Assembly: GCA_041661265.1 (NCBI GenBank)
Contig: JBAZUT010000001.1
Location: 197,310-261,309 of the forward strand
Origin: Minisyncoccota bacterium
GTDB taxonomy: Bacteria; Patescibacteriota; Minisyncoccia; JAHIHE01; JAGLIN01
Length of the DNA stretch: 64,000 nt
Direction of reading: 5' to 3'
The position numbers were made by a program, and so were the translations under genes. A model generated the notes under the pieces. The model saw only the letters and a program-made list of their open reading frames with translations, did no database searches and had not been told where the DNA came from. Positions 1-9,317 of this stretch are shown in pieces (position 1 is the stretch's first letter; every line of letters begins with the position of its first letter).

Positions 1-139
1 CATCGCAGGATGTTTCTATGGAAAGGATGATCATAAGTCATTTTAACATATTAGCATAATAACATATTAGCATAGATATATTAAAAATCTAGATACTTTT
101 TTACGACCGAATAAATTTCGAGGATAAAAAAAGCCGGTT

Positions 140-676
140 TTATCCAGCTGATTTATTTCTTTCAAGAATATCCCTTAGCGAGAGGAGCTTGCCGGACTTC
201 TGAGGTGTTTTCCTGATCCTATTCATAAGCCTCTCAATGATCGTTTCATTTTCACTATAACAGTCCATAAGAACATAAAGGTCAACCCAAGTTACCTTTC
301 TTTCTCTGTTATAATGGACTGTTTTTATAAAGAGCGAAGTTGGCCAATCCAGGTTGTTCCCTCCAATACCCTCTTCCCTGAATTTAGTGCTTCCCAGTCC
401 AAGCAGTCCGATGCTATGCCTTTCAAATAAAATGTTTCTTTTTTTCGCTTTCTCTTCGATCTCCAGCACAAGCTCTTCTTTGCTCATCTCGAATGAAGTT
501 GGGAACATGATTCCGACTTCTCTTTCCCACAAACCGAGATGTCCTTCAAGAAGCCTCAACTTTATTTCTCCAAATGTTTCCGACATAGCGTCCGGCAGAT
601 CCAAGACAATTGGCGCTCCGCCCGCCTTTAATGTTACGTTCGCAATAACCAACTGTTCTTTTTCTATTTTTGTCAT
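140..676 (-). CDS. hypothetical protein (178 aa)
   Basis: Longest ORF in the region with ATG start and natural composition; no motif recognised. Confidence 0.6.
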   Translation of the reverse strand: MTKIEKEQLVIANVTLKAGGAPIVLDLPDAMSETFGEIKLRLLEGHLGLWEREVGIMFPTSFEMSKEELVLEIEEKAKKRNILFERHSIGLLGLGSTKFREEGIGGNNLDWPTSLFIKTVHYNRERKVTWVDLYVLMDCYSENETIIERLMNRIRKTPQKSGKLLSLRDILERNKSAG

Positions 677-924
677 TTAAGCTTTCATCTTCTTTGGGTT
701 TTGGAATTAATTTAATGTCTTCCGCGGTATTTGTCAATATAATCTTATATTGAAACAAACGCCATTAATAACATGCAATAATTCAGTCTTAAGGCCCGTC
801 TCTTTACAAAAGGACATATTCCTGATAACATACGACAGTGATAAATATCTTACTATTATTTTTAAGCATATTTATCCTGCATTCTTGTTTTTATGTTAAT
901 ATGCTAGAATGTTAATGTGATCAT

Positions 925-996
925 GGCCTCATCGTCTAACGGTTAGGACACCAGGTTTTCATCCTGGTAATAGGGGTCCGACTCCCCTTGAGGCTG
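925..996 (+). tRNA. tRNA-Glu (TTC), CCA not encoded, atypical T-loop TCCGACT
   Basis: Cloverleaf: acceptor GGCCTCA/TGAGGCT, D-arm GTCT..GGAC, anticodon stem CCAGG/CCTGG with loop TTTTCAT, T-stem AGGGG/CCCCT. Confidence 0.93.
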
Positions 997-1003
997 CATA
1001 ATT

Positions 1004-1032
1004 GAAAAGAACGGACTTGCTCCGTTTTTTTT
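1004..1032 (+). terminator. intrinsic terminator after tRNA-Glu
   Basis: AACGGA-cttgc-TCCGTT hairpin followed by a T run. Confidence 0.7.
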
Positions 1033-1046
1033 ATTTATGTACATTT

Positions 1047-1204
1047 GGGAGTCGGACGGGAGGGGGTCGGGGAACGGAAGTTACCCGCCTGGGGTGACAG
1101 TGAAGCTGAGCTTGCCGAAGCTGAACGCCAGAGGGCAGAAGCCCTATGGAGCGCAGTCCCGAGGACTCGGGATAAGCAGTATGATCTCCCCTTGAGGCTG
1201 CATA
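1047..1204. repeat. tRNA-associated mini-element ending in a 19-bp duplicate of the tRNA 3' end
   Basis: CTCCCCTTGAGGCTGCATA at 982-1000 and 1186-1204; GGGAGTCGGAC (1047-1057) is the reverse complement of tRNA 976-986. Confidence 0.75.
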
Positions 1205-1258
1205 GAAAAAAGAGCGGACACGTCCGTTCTTTTTCGATAACTATACGAAATGAAAAAC

Positions 1259-2740
1259 TCACATATTATCGAATATTTTTGACATGTCTTCGGCATTCTC
1301 CGGTCTTTGAATATCGACTGGAACATTGAATTCTCCGAAAATAATATCGGCTTTCAGCCCGAAATCCATCTCCGCTTTTATGTTGGCCATCTCTTCATCA
1401 ACAAGCACGGATATGTCCTTCGGCGCGCCTTTCGGCTCACTGCTTGCCTCCGAACAATCCCATTCATTAAAGCCAAGCGGAGCATATCCTTCCCTTCCCG
1501 CGGAATCAATACACCAAATATCATCCGTGGATCCAAGAGCTGTCCAAATGACATATGAATTGCTGTCTGAATTGTAATTGACCGAATCCGAATAGGAACT
1601 TCCCCATGAAGAGCTTTTCTTGAAACTTTCATAACTCCCATTCTTCTGATAATAAGCATCCATATCCCTCTTCATGCGCTGTGCGTAGCTTTTAACTGAG
1701 GAATCTTTCGACTGCAATCTCGCCTTTACCTGCTCCTCGGCAACGGTCTTCTTGATGATCCCTCCCACAAAGTCCTTATCGTAAACGCCATTCAGGCTCA
1801 TTTTTCGGACAAGAAAATCTTTTTTGCCGATCCAGATATCGATATCGATCTTTTCAAGGACGCTGCCTATCAGTTCGAAATATTTGTTTGTAAACTCATC
1901 GAATTCCTTGGATGACTGCGAAGTTATCTCTTTCAGATCGCTTCCGCGCGCCTCGGCGTCCCGCATATCCAATAACGCCTTATAATACCCCAGAACCGCT
2001 TGTGCATCGATCTTTGCCTTATAATGCTGAGAATCGGTTCCTTCGATATTTTCAACTCCCAGATCTTCGGAAAATTTTATTATTTTGAATTCGCTAAGCG
2101 TCTTTTTTACTTCTTCGCTGGAATATTTGTCGAATGAAAAATCTCCTTCGCTCTTCTTCCTCATCTCTTCAAGATTCATTTCGTACCACTTCCCCTTATA
2201 TTGTTTTGCCTGTGATCCCAGCATCAACCCCATCATGCCCAGATCAAAATTATTCAATTTGAAATAGGCAAAATCCTTGCCGAAAAGCATTACATCAAAA
2301 TTGGCGCTATAATCATCGCTCCCCCCTTCAGAAGACATCTCGATATCCAATCCGACATTTGCCGACGATCTCTCGTTTCCAATTTCCGATTGATCGACGT
2401 TTTCTTTGAAATTCGCTTTATAAGCCACCCGATAATCCGGCATAATGGTCAAGAAACCCGTACCGGCAGCTTCAGTCGATCTTATCCCCATATCCAGGTT
2501 CATATTTCCATTTATGGAATATGTTTTCTGGCTCAGAGTATTTTGGACCGAATAATCGATTACTTCCTGCGGACCGTTGAAATCTTTTTCAATAAGAATA
2601 TCTTCACGGTTTTTCCCGATCCTGCCGGAATATAAAATAACTGCCAATATGGCAGCAATTGACAATAACCCGACCGCGATCATGATAATGGCGAACATGT
2701 TGACGTTCCCTTTTTGATTTTTACAGGCAATTTTTAGCAT
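1259..2740 (-). CDS. membrane-anchored protein with a putative embedded type IV pilin-like segment
   Basis: N-terminal TM helix; beta-rich body; segment KARLQSKDSSVKS...DAYYQKNGSY...YVIWTAL...WCIDSAG resembles pilin cores. Confidence 0.6.
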   Translation of the reverse strand: MLKIACKNQKGNVNMFAIIMIAVGLLSIAAILAVILYSGRIGKNREDILIEKDFNGPQEVIDYSVQNTLSQKTYSINGNMNLDMGIRSTEAAGTGFLTIMPDYRVAYKANFKENVDQSEIGNERSSANVGLDIEMSSEGGSDDYSANFDVMLFGKDFAYFKLNNFDLGMMGLMLGSQAKQYKGKWYEMNLEEMRKKSEGDFSFDKYSSEEVKKTLSEFKIIKFSEDLGVENIEGTDSQHYKAKIDAQAVLGYYKALLDMRDAEARGSDLKEITSQSSKEFDEFTNKYFELIGSVLEKIDIDIWIGKKDFLVRKMSLNGVYDKDFVGGIIKKTVAEEQVKARLQSKDSSVKSYAQRMKRDMDAYYQKNGSYESFKKSSSWGSSYSDSVNYNSDSNSYVIWTALGSTDDIWCIDSAGREGYAPLGFNEWDCSEASSEPKGAPKDISVLVDEEMANIKAEMDFGLKADIIFGEFNVPVDIQRPENAEDMSKIFDNM

Positions 2741-2811
2741 TTTTGTTTTTTATTTTTGTTTTAATGATTTAATTATAGCATATTTTTTTGAATAAATCAA
2801 GTAGTTTGTGG

Positions 2812-2840
2812 TTGACAGATCAGCATATTTCCCGTATAAT
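2812..2840 (+). promoter_or_regulatory. sigma70 promoter
   Basis: TTGACA-17 bp-TATAAT, perfect consensus. Confidence 0.85.
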
Positions 2841-2878
2841 TCCATGTCGACAGCAATTGCTGTTGCCTGGAGGAAAAA

Positions 2879-3184
2879 ATGCACGTGATAAATATCGAAA
2901 AACGCCTGCCGGATTGCAGGCTATGTGAAAAAATAGAAAAAGAGAAAATGCGCGTTGCTCAGAGAATAGCGCTGTTCTTCAACGCAGATGCGCTCAGCAG
3001 ACGGAACGGACATGGATTTTCGCACGACGGTGTGATGGGCATTATTAAAGAGATCCGGAAGGATGATGCCGGGAATGTCTATTCCGTGAAACTTGAGAAT
3101 AGCACTCTGTCGGAGTTCATCCTTTCAAGAATTGACGCGATCATCCTTGTGTGCGACGAATGCGAAAAAAAATATATCGCTTAA
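2879..3184 (+). CDS. small protein with two CxxC motifs (putative Zn-binding)
   Basis: CRLC and CDEC motifs; GGAGG SD and consensus promoter upstream. Confidence 0.7.
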   Translation: MHVINIEKRLPDCRLCEKIEKEKMRVAQRIALFFNADALSRRNGHGFSHDGVMGIIKEIRKDDAGNVYSVKLENSTLSEFILSRIDAIILVCDECEKKYIA

Positions 3185-3329
3185 GAAAAAAAGTGGAAAT
3201 GAGGATATCTTATAAATAAGATCGGGTTCCTCTTTTTTTATTTCCCGGATCTAAACCAACAACTGTACGAACCATCAGGCTTTTTGGCGCCACAATAAAA
3301 AAGATCGCTCATAAAGCGATCCGTTTGAT

Positions 3330-3704
3330 CTAATGATTCACAGGAATTATCGCGTACTCCTTGCCTTCCGATTTCAGTTTTCTCGCCTTTTCAAGAAGGT
3401 CCGTGATCTTTTTCCTCAATTGAGCCGTCTCCCTGTAATTGCCAAGGTGAACCTCCATTTTCGCGACATCCTTTTTGATATCTTCGGTATTCACGCCAAG
3501 CAGCTCATACATATATTCCTTATGCCTGAAATCAGAAACAAATTTTTCAGCCGTCACGGCTGATGCAATGTGCTCCGGCTTCAATTTCTCATCTATTTTC
3601 AAAAGGAACAGCTCCAGCTCTTCAATAAGATCATCTACATATATCGTTTCTTTCTTCAGAACATTTCTGTCAATTTCCGATTCCTCCTGTAAAGTTTTTA
3701 GCAC
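3330..3704 (-). CDS. hypothetical protein (start possibly ATT at 3674)
   Basis: Helical, charged ORF; AGGAGG SD lies 8 nt before an in-frame ATT. Confidence 0.6.
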   Translation of the reverse strand: MLKTLQEESEIDRNVLKKETIYVDDLIEELELFLLKIDEKLKPEHIASAVTAEKFVSDFRHKEYMYELLGVNTEDIKKDVAKMEVHLGNYRETAQLRKKITDLLEKARKLKSEGKEYAIIPVNH

Positions 3705-3798
3705 AGATATCGGAAAAAGTCAATGATTCCGGTTTTCATTCCTGAATACAATTAAAAGATCCGCCGGCTTATGCCCTGCGGATGTGTTCATGAAACAT

Positions 3799-4365
3799 TC
3801 AGTTTTTTTTATCCTTATTTATGGCCCTGACGATATCGCCAAGAACCTCATCTGTATTTTCCGGTTCGAATCTGCAATATACGATCAAGGCGTCCATTTT
3901 TCCGATAGCATTTATGTCCTTCTCGGATATTTTCATGCGCTTTTCGATCTCATCAACGCCGTTCACTCCTCTTTCAACAAGCCTCTTTTTGAGCCATGAA
4001 ACATCATCGGGAAGCAGCGCTATGACCATCACTTCTCCATAAAGTTCCATCACCTGCCTGCATCCGTTCAGCGTAAGATCCATCACGACTCCGTTGTTGT
4101 TTTCATCCAGAAGCAAATTCCGGAATTCATCCAACATGATTCCATAATAGTTTCCGGAATATTCATCCCATTCCAAAAGTTTTCTGTTTCTGATCATGCC
4201 CTGAAATTCTTCCGAACTGACATATATGTGATTGTCATCGTCAGGCCTGGCCTTCCTTGTTGTAATGGTTTTGGGCCTTGCGAAATCCAGTTCTTTCACA
4301 AGCAGCTTCGCATAGAAGCTCTTCCCCACTCCGGAAGGGCCTATTAAACAAACTGTTTTTTTCAT
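3799..4365 (-). CDS. gmk: guanylate kinase family protein
   Basis: P-loop GPSGVGKS, TTRKAR, LEWDEYSGNYYG motifs; GGAGGTG SD. Confidence 0.8.
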   Translation of the reverse strand: MKKTVCLIGPSGVGKSFYAKLLVKELDFARPKTITTRKARPDDDNHIYVSSEEFQGMIRNRKLLEWDEYSGNYYGIMLDEFRNLLLDENNNGVVMDLTLNGCRQVMELYGEVMVIALLPDDVSWLKKRLVERGVNGVDEIEKRMKISEKDINAIGKMDALIVYCRFEPENTDEVLGDIVRAINKDKKN

Positions 4366-4583
4366 CCGATCACCTCCGAAATTTAAATATCTCCTTTAAA
4401 TATTAACCGGTAATTATTATTTAAAGTACCCAACATTGTATCATATTTTAGCTAAATGTCAATGACAGCAGCGTATCTGCAGAAAAGCGGGTTGACAAGT
4501 CAGAAGTTTCAGTATAATCTATCATAGCGTTACCCTAACTGTTAGGGTAATGTTTTTTGACAACAAAATACAGAGGTGAAAAG

Positions 4584-7568
4584 TTGAAAGACAGAAATCT
4601 AGTCAAGACACTGGCAGTTGCCATCGTTATGATGCTTGTGGCATCAATGGCCCTTGCAGTAGTGTCTGCACAGACAATAGAGAAAGACAAGAAGGAAAAA
4701 GACAAATTTGCTCCAGGAGAGATCCTGATCAAATTCAAAGGGGATGAAAAATATAAAAAAATAAAGGTGTCGCCCGGTTCCGAACTTAAAGAACTTGAGA
4801 GATACAGCAAGGATAAGAATGTCGAATTCTTAAGCTTGAATTATATTGTTCATATAAGTTCCGTACCAAACGATCCTGAGTTCCAAAAGCTTTGGGGAAT
4901 GGATAATGTAGGCCAAACGGGCGGTACTCCGGATGCCGATATAGATGCACCGGAAGCCTGGAACGTTCAGACGGGAAATAACACAACCGTTATAGTAGTT
5001 ATCGATACCGGAACCGACTATACTCATCTCGATCTTATAAACAACATATGGATCAATCTCGATGAGATCCCGGGAAATGGGATCGATGACGATGGAAACG
5101 GATACATTGACGACATTCATGGAATAGATACGGCTAATGACGATTCCGACCCTATGGATGACCATGGGCACGGCACTCACGTCGCCGGTACGATCGGAGC
5201 CGTTGCAAATAATGGCATAGGTGTTGCCGGCGTAAACCACAATGTAAAGATCATGGCAGTGAAATTCCTCGGTGCTGACGGCTCGGGATATTTGAGCGAT
5301 GCGATCGATGCGATCAATTATGCCAGAGAGAATGGCGCGGATGTGATGAGCAACAGCTGGGGCGGAGGAGGATATTCCTCGCTTCTGGAAAATGCCATAA
5401 CTTCTTCAATTGAAAAAGGCGTAGTGTTCATAGCGGCAGCGGGAAATTCCGCAAGCGACAACGATGCCTATCCGGCATATCCTGCGAATTACCCCGGGGT
5501 AATATCAGTTGCAGCAACGGATCATAACGATCAGCTTGCATATTTCTCCAGCTATGGAAAAAACACGGTTCACCTCGGAGCTCCGGGAGTTGATATCTAT
5601 TCCACGGTTCCGAATGGAACTTGCGCTCTTTGCAGCCCAACAGGCTACAACACGCTTAGCGGAACATCGATGGCAACACCGCATGTTTCAGGAGTCGTTG
5701 GATTGATCATCTCGCAATTCAATGAGATCAGGCGCAACGTTCCGGCAATAGAAGCCCGGCTTCTTGGCGGAACGGATCGAATCCCGTCTCTATCCGGAAA
5801 AACAGTGACCGGAGGAAGACTGAATGCGTTCAATGCTCTGGAAACCGACATAATTCCTCCTGCAGCAATTTCCGATCTGAATGTGAGCGGCACGTCTACG
5901 ATGTCCGCAACACTAACCTGGACAGCTCCGGGAGATGACGGCATGGAAGGAAGAGCAAGCGCATATATCATAAGATATGCTCCGGCAGTGAATTTCCAAT
6001 GGGACACAGCGACGCAACTGAACAGCGTCATTATTCCCAAAGAGGCAGGTTTGACCGAAATTTTGGAAATTACCGATTTGAATTCCGACACCGAATATTC
6101 ATTTGCCATAGAAGCTGTCGATAATGTCGGCAATCCGGCGGACATCTCGAATGTTGCCAATGGGATCACAAAGATTCCCGTTATTGTTATGAACCATAAC
6201 TTCGAAAATGGGCTTAATGGATGGTGGCATTCCGGAAACTATGATAATTGGCAATTAGGTTCTTCAACTATCATATCGGCTCACTCGGGAGTAAATGTCT
6301 GGGGAACCAATTTGAACGGCAACTATCAATATGACAATATGAAGGAGTCATTGACATCCCCCGCTTTCAGTCTGAAGAATCTGAAATCTGCGATTCTGCG
6401 ATTCTGGCACTACTATTCGACCGAACCGCATTATGACGGAGGAATAGTGGAAATCTCATTTGACGGAGGAACTTCATGGTCCGAGATCGCGCCCATCAAT
6501 GGATATCCCGAAGACGCCTTGTCCTCAGGCAACCCGCTCGGAGCAGTTCCGGCATATAGCGGAAGATCGGCTCCCGGCTGGACTGAGGAAACGTTCGATC
6601 TTTCAAACTATATCGGAAACGATAACGTGATGATCAGATTCACTTTCGGCACTGATTACTCCATCTTCTATTATGAAGGATGGTACATCGATGACGTCAG
6701 CGTCCTGGGCGAAGCGGCGGAAATGCCTCCGGACGGCCCTCCGACAGCGATCGAGCAGAATGTAGCGACAGATGAAGACAATTCCATCAATATAACCTTA
6801 GCGGGTCATGATCCGCTTGGAAATCCCATAGAGTTCTTCATGGAAGCTCAGCCTCAAAATGGCTTAATAAGATTGGATCCGGATTTTATCCATAATGGAA
6901 AATTGACGTATATGCCGCGGCTGAACTTTAACGGCATAGATCCATTCCTTTTCAGGATAAACAACGGGCTGATCGACAGTGCGCCCGCAACTGTTGAAGT
7001 GACCGTAAACGCGGTGAACGACGCTCCGACAGCAAATTCGCAAGATGCGATAACCAATGAAAATACGGCGCTGAAAATAACCGGTACGGCAAACGACGTG
7101 GACAGCAGCAACCTGAAATATAGGATCGTTTCGTATCCGACAAACGGAACTCTGAATCTCGATCCGAATTTTGCTTCGAATGGCAATACCACCTACAATC
7201 CCAATCCGGGATTTACCGGTTTGGACCATTTTGAATTCGCAGCGAACGATAGCATGCTGGAAAGCGCTCCGGCAACGGTGAATATAACCGTCGTTCCGGT
7301 TCCCAAGAAGTGCTGGGACAAAAGCTATGCGTATCTTGTGAACAATCCGAACCAAGCAAAGAAATTCGCAAAATGCGCATATGGAAGCTATGCCTATTCG
7401 AGGACCGTAACATTGACCAAAAAAGCAAGTGCATACAAATATGCCGATCCTGGAAACAACCAGAACTGGACCATTATAAGAGTCGGACTTTCCCAAAAGC
7501 CGATAACTCAGATAATGTCTCCGAGCGGAAAATGGTATCCCACAAATGCGGATTACTATCTGCCATAG
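4584..7568 (+). CDS. secreted S8 subtilisin-like serine protease with FN3, jelly-roll/MAM-like and tandem Ig/cadherin-like domains
   Basis: Signal peptide; catalytic motifs VIDTG, HGTHVAG, GTSMATP; FN3-like LTWTAPGDDG; VNDAPTA repeats; TTG start after GAGGTG SD. Confidence 0.92.
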   Translation: MKDRNLVKTLAVAIVMMLVASMALAVVSAQTIEKDKKEKDKFAPGEILIKFKGDEKYKKIKVSPGSELKELERYSKDKNVEFLSLNYIVHISSVPNDPEFQKLWGMDNVGQTGGTPDADIDAPEAWNVQTGNNTTVIVVIDTGTDYTHLDLINNIWINLDEIPGNGIDDDGNGYIDDIHGIDTANDDSDPMDDHGHGTHVAGTIGAVANNGIGVAGVNHNVKIMAVKFLGADGSGYLSDAIDAINYARENGADVMSNSWGGGGYSSLLENAITSSIEKGVVFIAAAGNSASDNDAYPAYPANYPGVISVAATDHNDQLAYFSSYGKNTVHLGAPGVDIYSTVPNGTCALCSPTGYNTLSGTSMATPHVSGVVGLIISQFNEIRRNVPAIEARLLGGTDRIPSLSGKTVTGGRLNAFNALETDIIPPAAISDLNVSGTSTMSATLTWTAPGDDGMEGRASAYIIRYAPAVNFQWDTATQLNSVIIPKEAGLTEILEITDLNSDTEYSFAIEAVDNVGNPADISNVANGITKIPVIVMNHNFENGLNGWWHSGNYDNWQLGSSTIISAHSGVNVWGTNLNGNYQYDNMKESLTSPAFSLKNLKSAILRFWHYYSTEPHYDGGIVEISFDGGTSWSEIAPINGYPEDALSSGNPLGAVPAYSGRSAPGWTEETFDLSNYIGNDNVMIRFTFGTDYSIFYYEGWYIDDVSVLGEAAEMPPDGPPTAIEQNVATDEDNSINITLAGHDPLGNPIEFFMEAQPQNGLIRLDPDFIHNGKLTYMPRLNFNGIDPFLFRINNGLIDSAPATVEVTVNAVNDAPTANSQDAITNENTALKITGTANDVDSSNLKYRIVSYPTNGTLNLDPNFASNGNTTYNPNPGFTGLDHFEFAANDSMLESAPATVNITVVPVPKKCWDKSYAYLVNNPNQAKKFAKCAYGSYAYSRTVTLTKKASAYKYADPGNNQNWTIIRVGLSQKPITQIMSPSGKWYPTNADYYLP

Positions 7569-7577
7569 ATCAGCAAC

Positions 7578-7603
7578 AAGTCCCCCAACAGGGACTTTTT
7601 TTT
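7578..7603 (+). terminator. intrinsic terminator
   Basis: AAGTCCC-ccaaca-GGGACTT hairpin plus T run. Confidence 0.7.
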
Positions 7604-7618
7604 ATTAAAAAAACAGCA

Positions 7619-7882
7619 TTATTTTGCTGTATGTGCCGTTAGCATCATTAATATAATTACAATAAATGAGATTGCTACTACCACGAATCCAGCTTGTGCA
7701 TACTCCGCTGATCCCGTAATTCCTCCCTTTTTCAATACCGGAAGCAAGATCATCATGCCAAGCGTTATGACTATCGGAACGGCAAGCACGGCTTCGGGAA
7801 ATACTGCTTTTGCGACAAGTAATCCTGCAATTGTCACTAGAGACGCTATCTTTGTAGCCCTGCTGAGTTCTATATGTTTCAT
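7619..7882 (-). CDS. small membrane protein (3 predicted TM helices)
   Basis: Hydrophobic segments; GGAGGG SD before ATG at 7882. Confidence 0.7.
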   Translation of the reverse strand: MKHIELSRATKIASLVTIAGLLVAKAVFPEAVLAVPIVITLGMMILLPVLKKGGITGSAEYAQAGFVVVAISFIVIILMMLTAHTAK

Positions 7883-8126
7883 TTGATCCCTCCTGATTAG
7901 CTTTAATATATAGCATAAAGACAATATGTCAAGCATAATCAATTGCTAATTATTCTGTGACGAAAACAAGAAACAGTTTTATAAAATATCATTTGATACC
8001 CACCTGCCTTTTCAATATCAAATCATCTTTTCCATCTTTTCCATCTTATTCTTTTCCATCTTATGCCCGTTGACAAATCGGGCAAAATGATTATAATAGC
8101 AATAATCAACAATAGGAGGGATAACA

Positions 8127-8357
8127 ATAAAGAAAACGGAATGTATTTTTAAAAGATTCAGGCATTATATCCTATACCAGAACAAAAAACTAGGAGAAGT
8201 GATATTTTTTATATCATTTCTGGCCACACTACTTACAATCTTTAGCCTGATGAGCGGCGAAGTGGAAAAATCCGCATTATCAATAATCGCACATTATATT
8301 GCTTTCGGAATTGCATTTTCGGCAACGCTTTTCTCTTCGGGTATGGGAAATTGCTAA
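8127..8357 (+). CDS. unannotated 76-aa membrane protein with an ATA start (or a start-mutated pseudogene)
   Basis: TTGACA(8070)-TATAAT(8092) promoter, GGAGGG SD 6 nt before ATA, open frame with two hydrophobic helices, hairpin/T-tract after TAA. Confidence 0.55.
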   Translation: MKKTECIFKRFRHYILYQNKKLGEVIFFISFLATLLTIFSLMSGEVEKSALSIIAHYIAFGIAFSATLFSSGMGNC

Positions 8358-8473
8358 AAACCTATTATTAATAGGCTTTTTTATTATTATCGATACGCAC
8401 GATCTTCCGAAAAGTACCACCCCCATAATCGATATGAAGTTGACATCATTCATAATCACATTTATATTCATAC

Positions 8474-8749
8474 ATGAATAGGAGGGCTATGTATTATCCT
8501 CATAGCATAAAGACTATACGGACAAAAATATATCCTGCTCAAAAAGGAATGCGGGAACCCGGACAACAGAAAACGATCGGTCATATCCTATGGATGCTTG
8601 GCGAGATCGAGAACATGAAGTGCGACCAATCCGCAAAAGCGGGACGATGGATCGGATGGATCCTGGCAAATATGGAATTCATGAACATCATATCAAATGA
8701 AGAATCCCGCGACATGATCAGGATCGATGTCACAAACAATAACGACTGA
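8474..8749 (+). CDS. hypothetical protein
   Basis: ORF with HILWML...KAGRWIGWI; followed by a terminator-like hairpin. Confidence 0.65.
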   Translation: MNRRAMYYPHSIKTIRTKIYPAQKGMREPGQQKTIGHILWMLGEIENMKCDQSAKAGRWIGWILANMEFMNIISNEESRDMIRIDVTNNND

Positions 8750-8799
8750 ATGACTATTTCAGTCTTTTTTCAAATAAAAAAGGAAACATTTGTTTCCGG

Positions 8800-9102
8800 T
8801 TAGAAAAATATCGTTTGCGATGGCCTTCCTCCATATACATGTCGTATTGGAAGCCTCGGATCGTCAGGCATAGTCATCGCGATCCCCGATCCTTCTTTTT
8901 CCACAAATTCTTTCAGTATCCTGCAAGCTTTTTCGGGATTCCCGGCGGAAACCGCATCATATATTTTTTCTATAGTTTTTTTATATTCCTCTTTCCGCTT
9001 TATTTTATCTGCCTCCTCCTGCTCTTTCATGATCTTTTCGCGCTCGATATTCATCTTCGCGATCACTTCATCCAAAGATGACTCTCTCTTTTCTTTCTCC
9101 AT
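8800..9102 (-). CDS. hypothetical protein
   Basis: GGAGG SD, ATG start, charged helical composition. Confidence 0.65.
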   Translation of the reverse strand: MEKEKRESSLDEVIAKMNIEREKIMKEQEEADKIKRKEEYKKTIEKIYDAVSAGNPEKACRILKEFVEKEGSGIAMTMPDDPRLPIRHVYGGRPSQTIFF

Positions 9103-9317
9103 TTATCTTCCTCCATTGGACAATTTTAATTAATTATACCGGCAAAGTCAAATAAAAAAAAAGCAAGATGCGTTGATCCTGCTATTTACGCTCCGCTATA
9201 GAAGCTTCTTCTCGCTTCCCCTACCGGAGAATCGTCTTTCTGATCCCATTCAAAACCTTTTTCAACAGCTTTTTCTTTTTCCTGTTCTTGTTTTCCGTTC
9301 TTCATCACTCATTCCTC

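Noticed and set aside
44-75. 16-bp tandem repeat TAACATATTAGCATA(A/G)
   Set aside because: Only two copies; most simply duplicated extended -10 elements for a minus-strand gene running off the window start
1035-1329. ORFs 1045..1329 (+) and 1035..1262 (-)
   Set aside because: They run through the tRNA-associated repeat and terminator hairpins; no SD or recognisable motif
8022-8064. (CCATCTTTT)-like short tandem repeats
   Set aside because: Low-complexity microsatellite without unique spacers; not a CRISPR array
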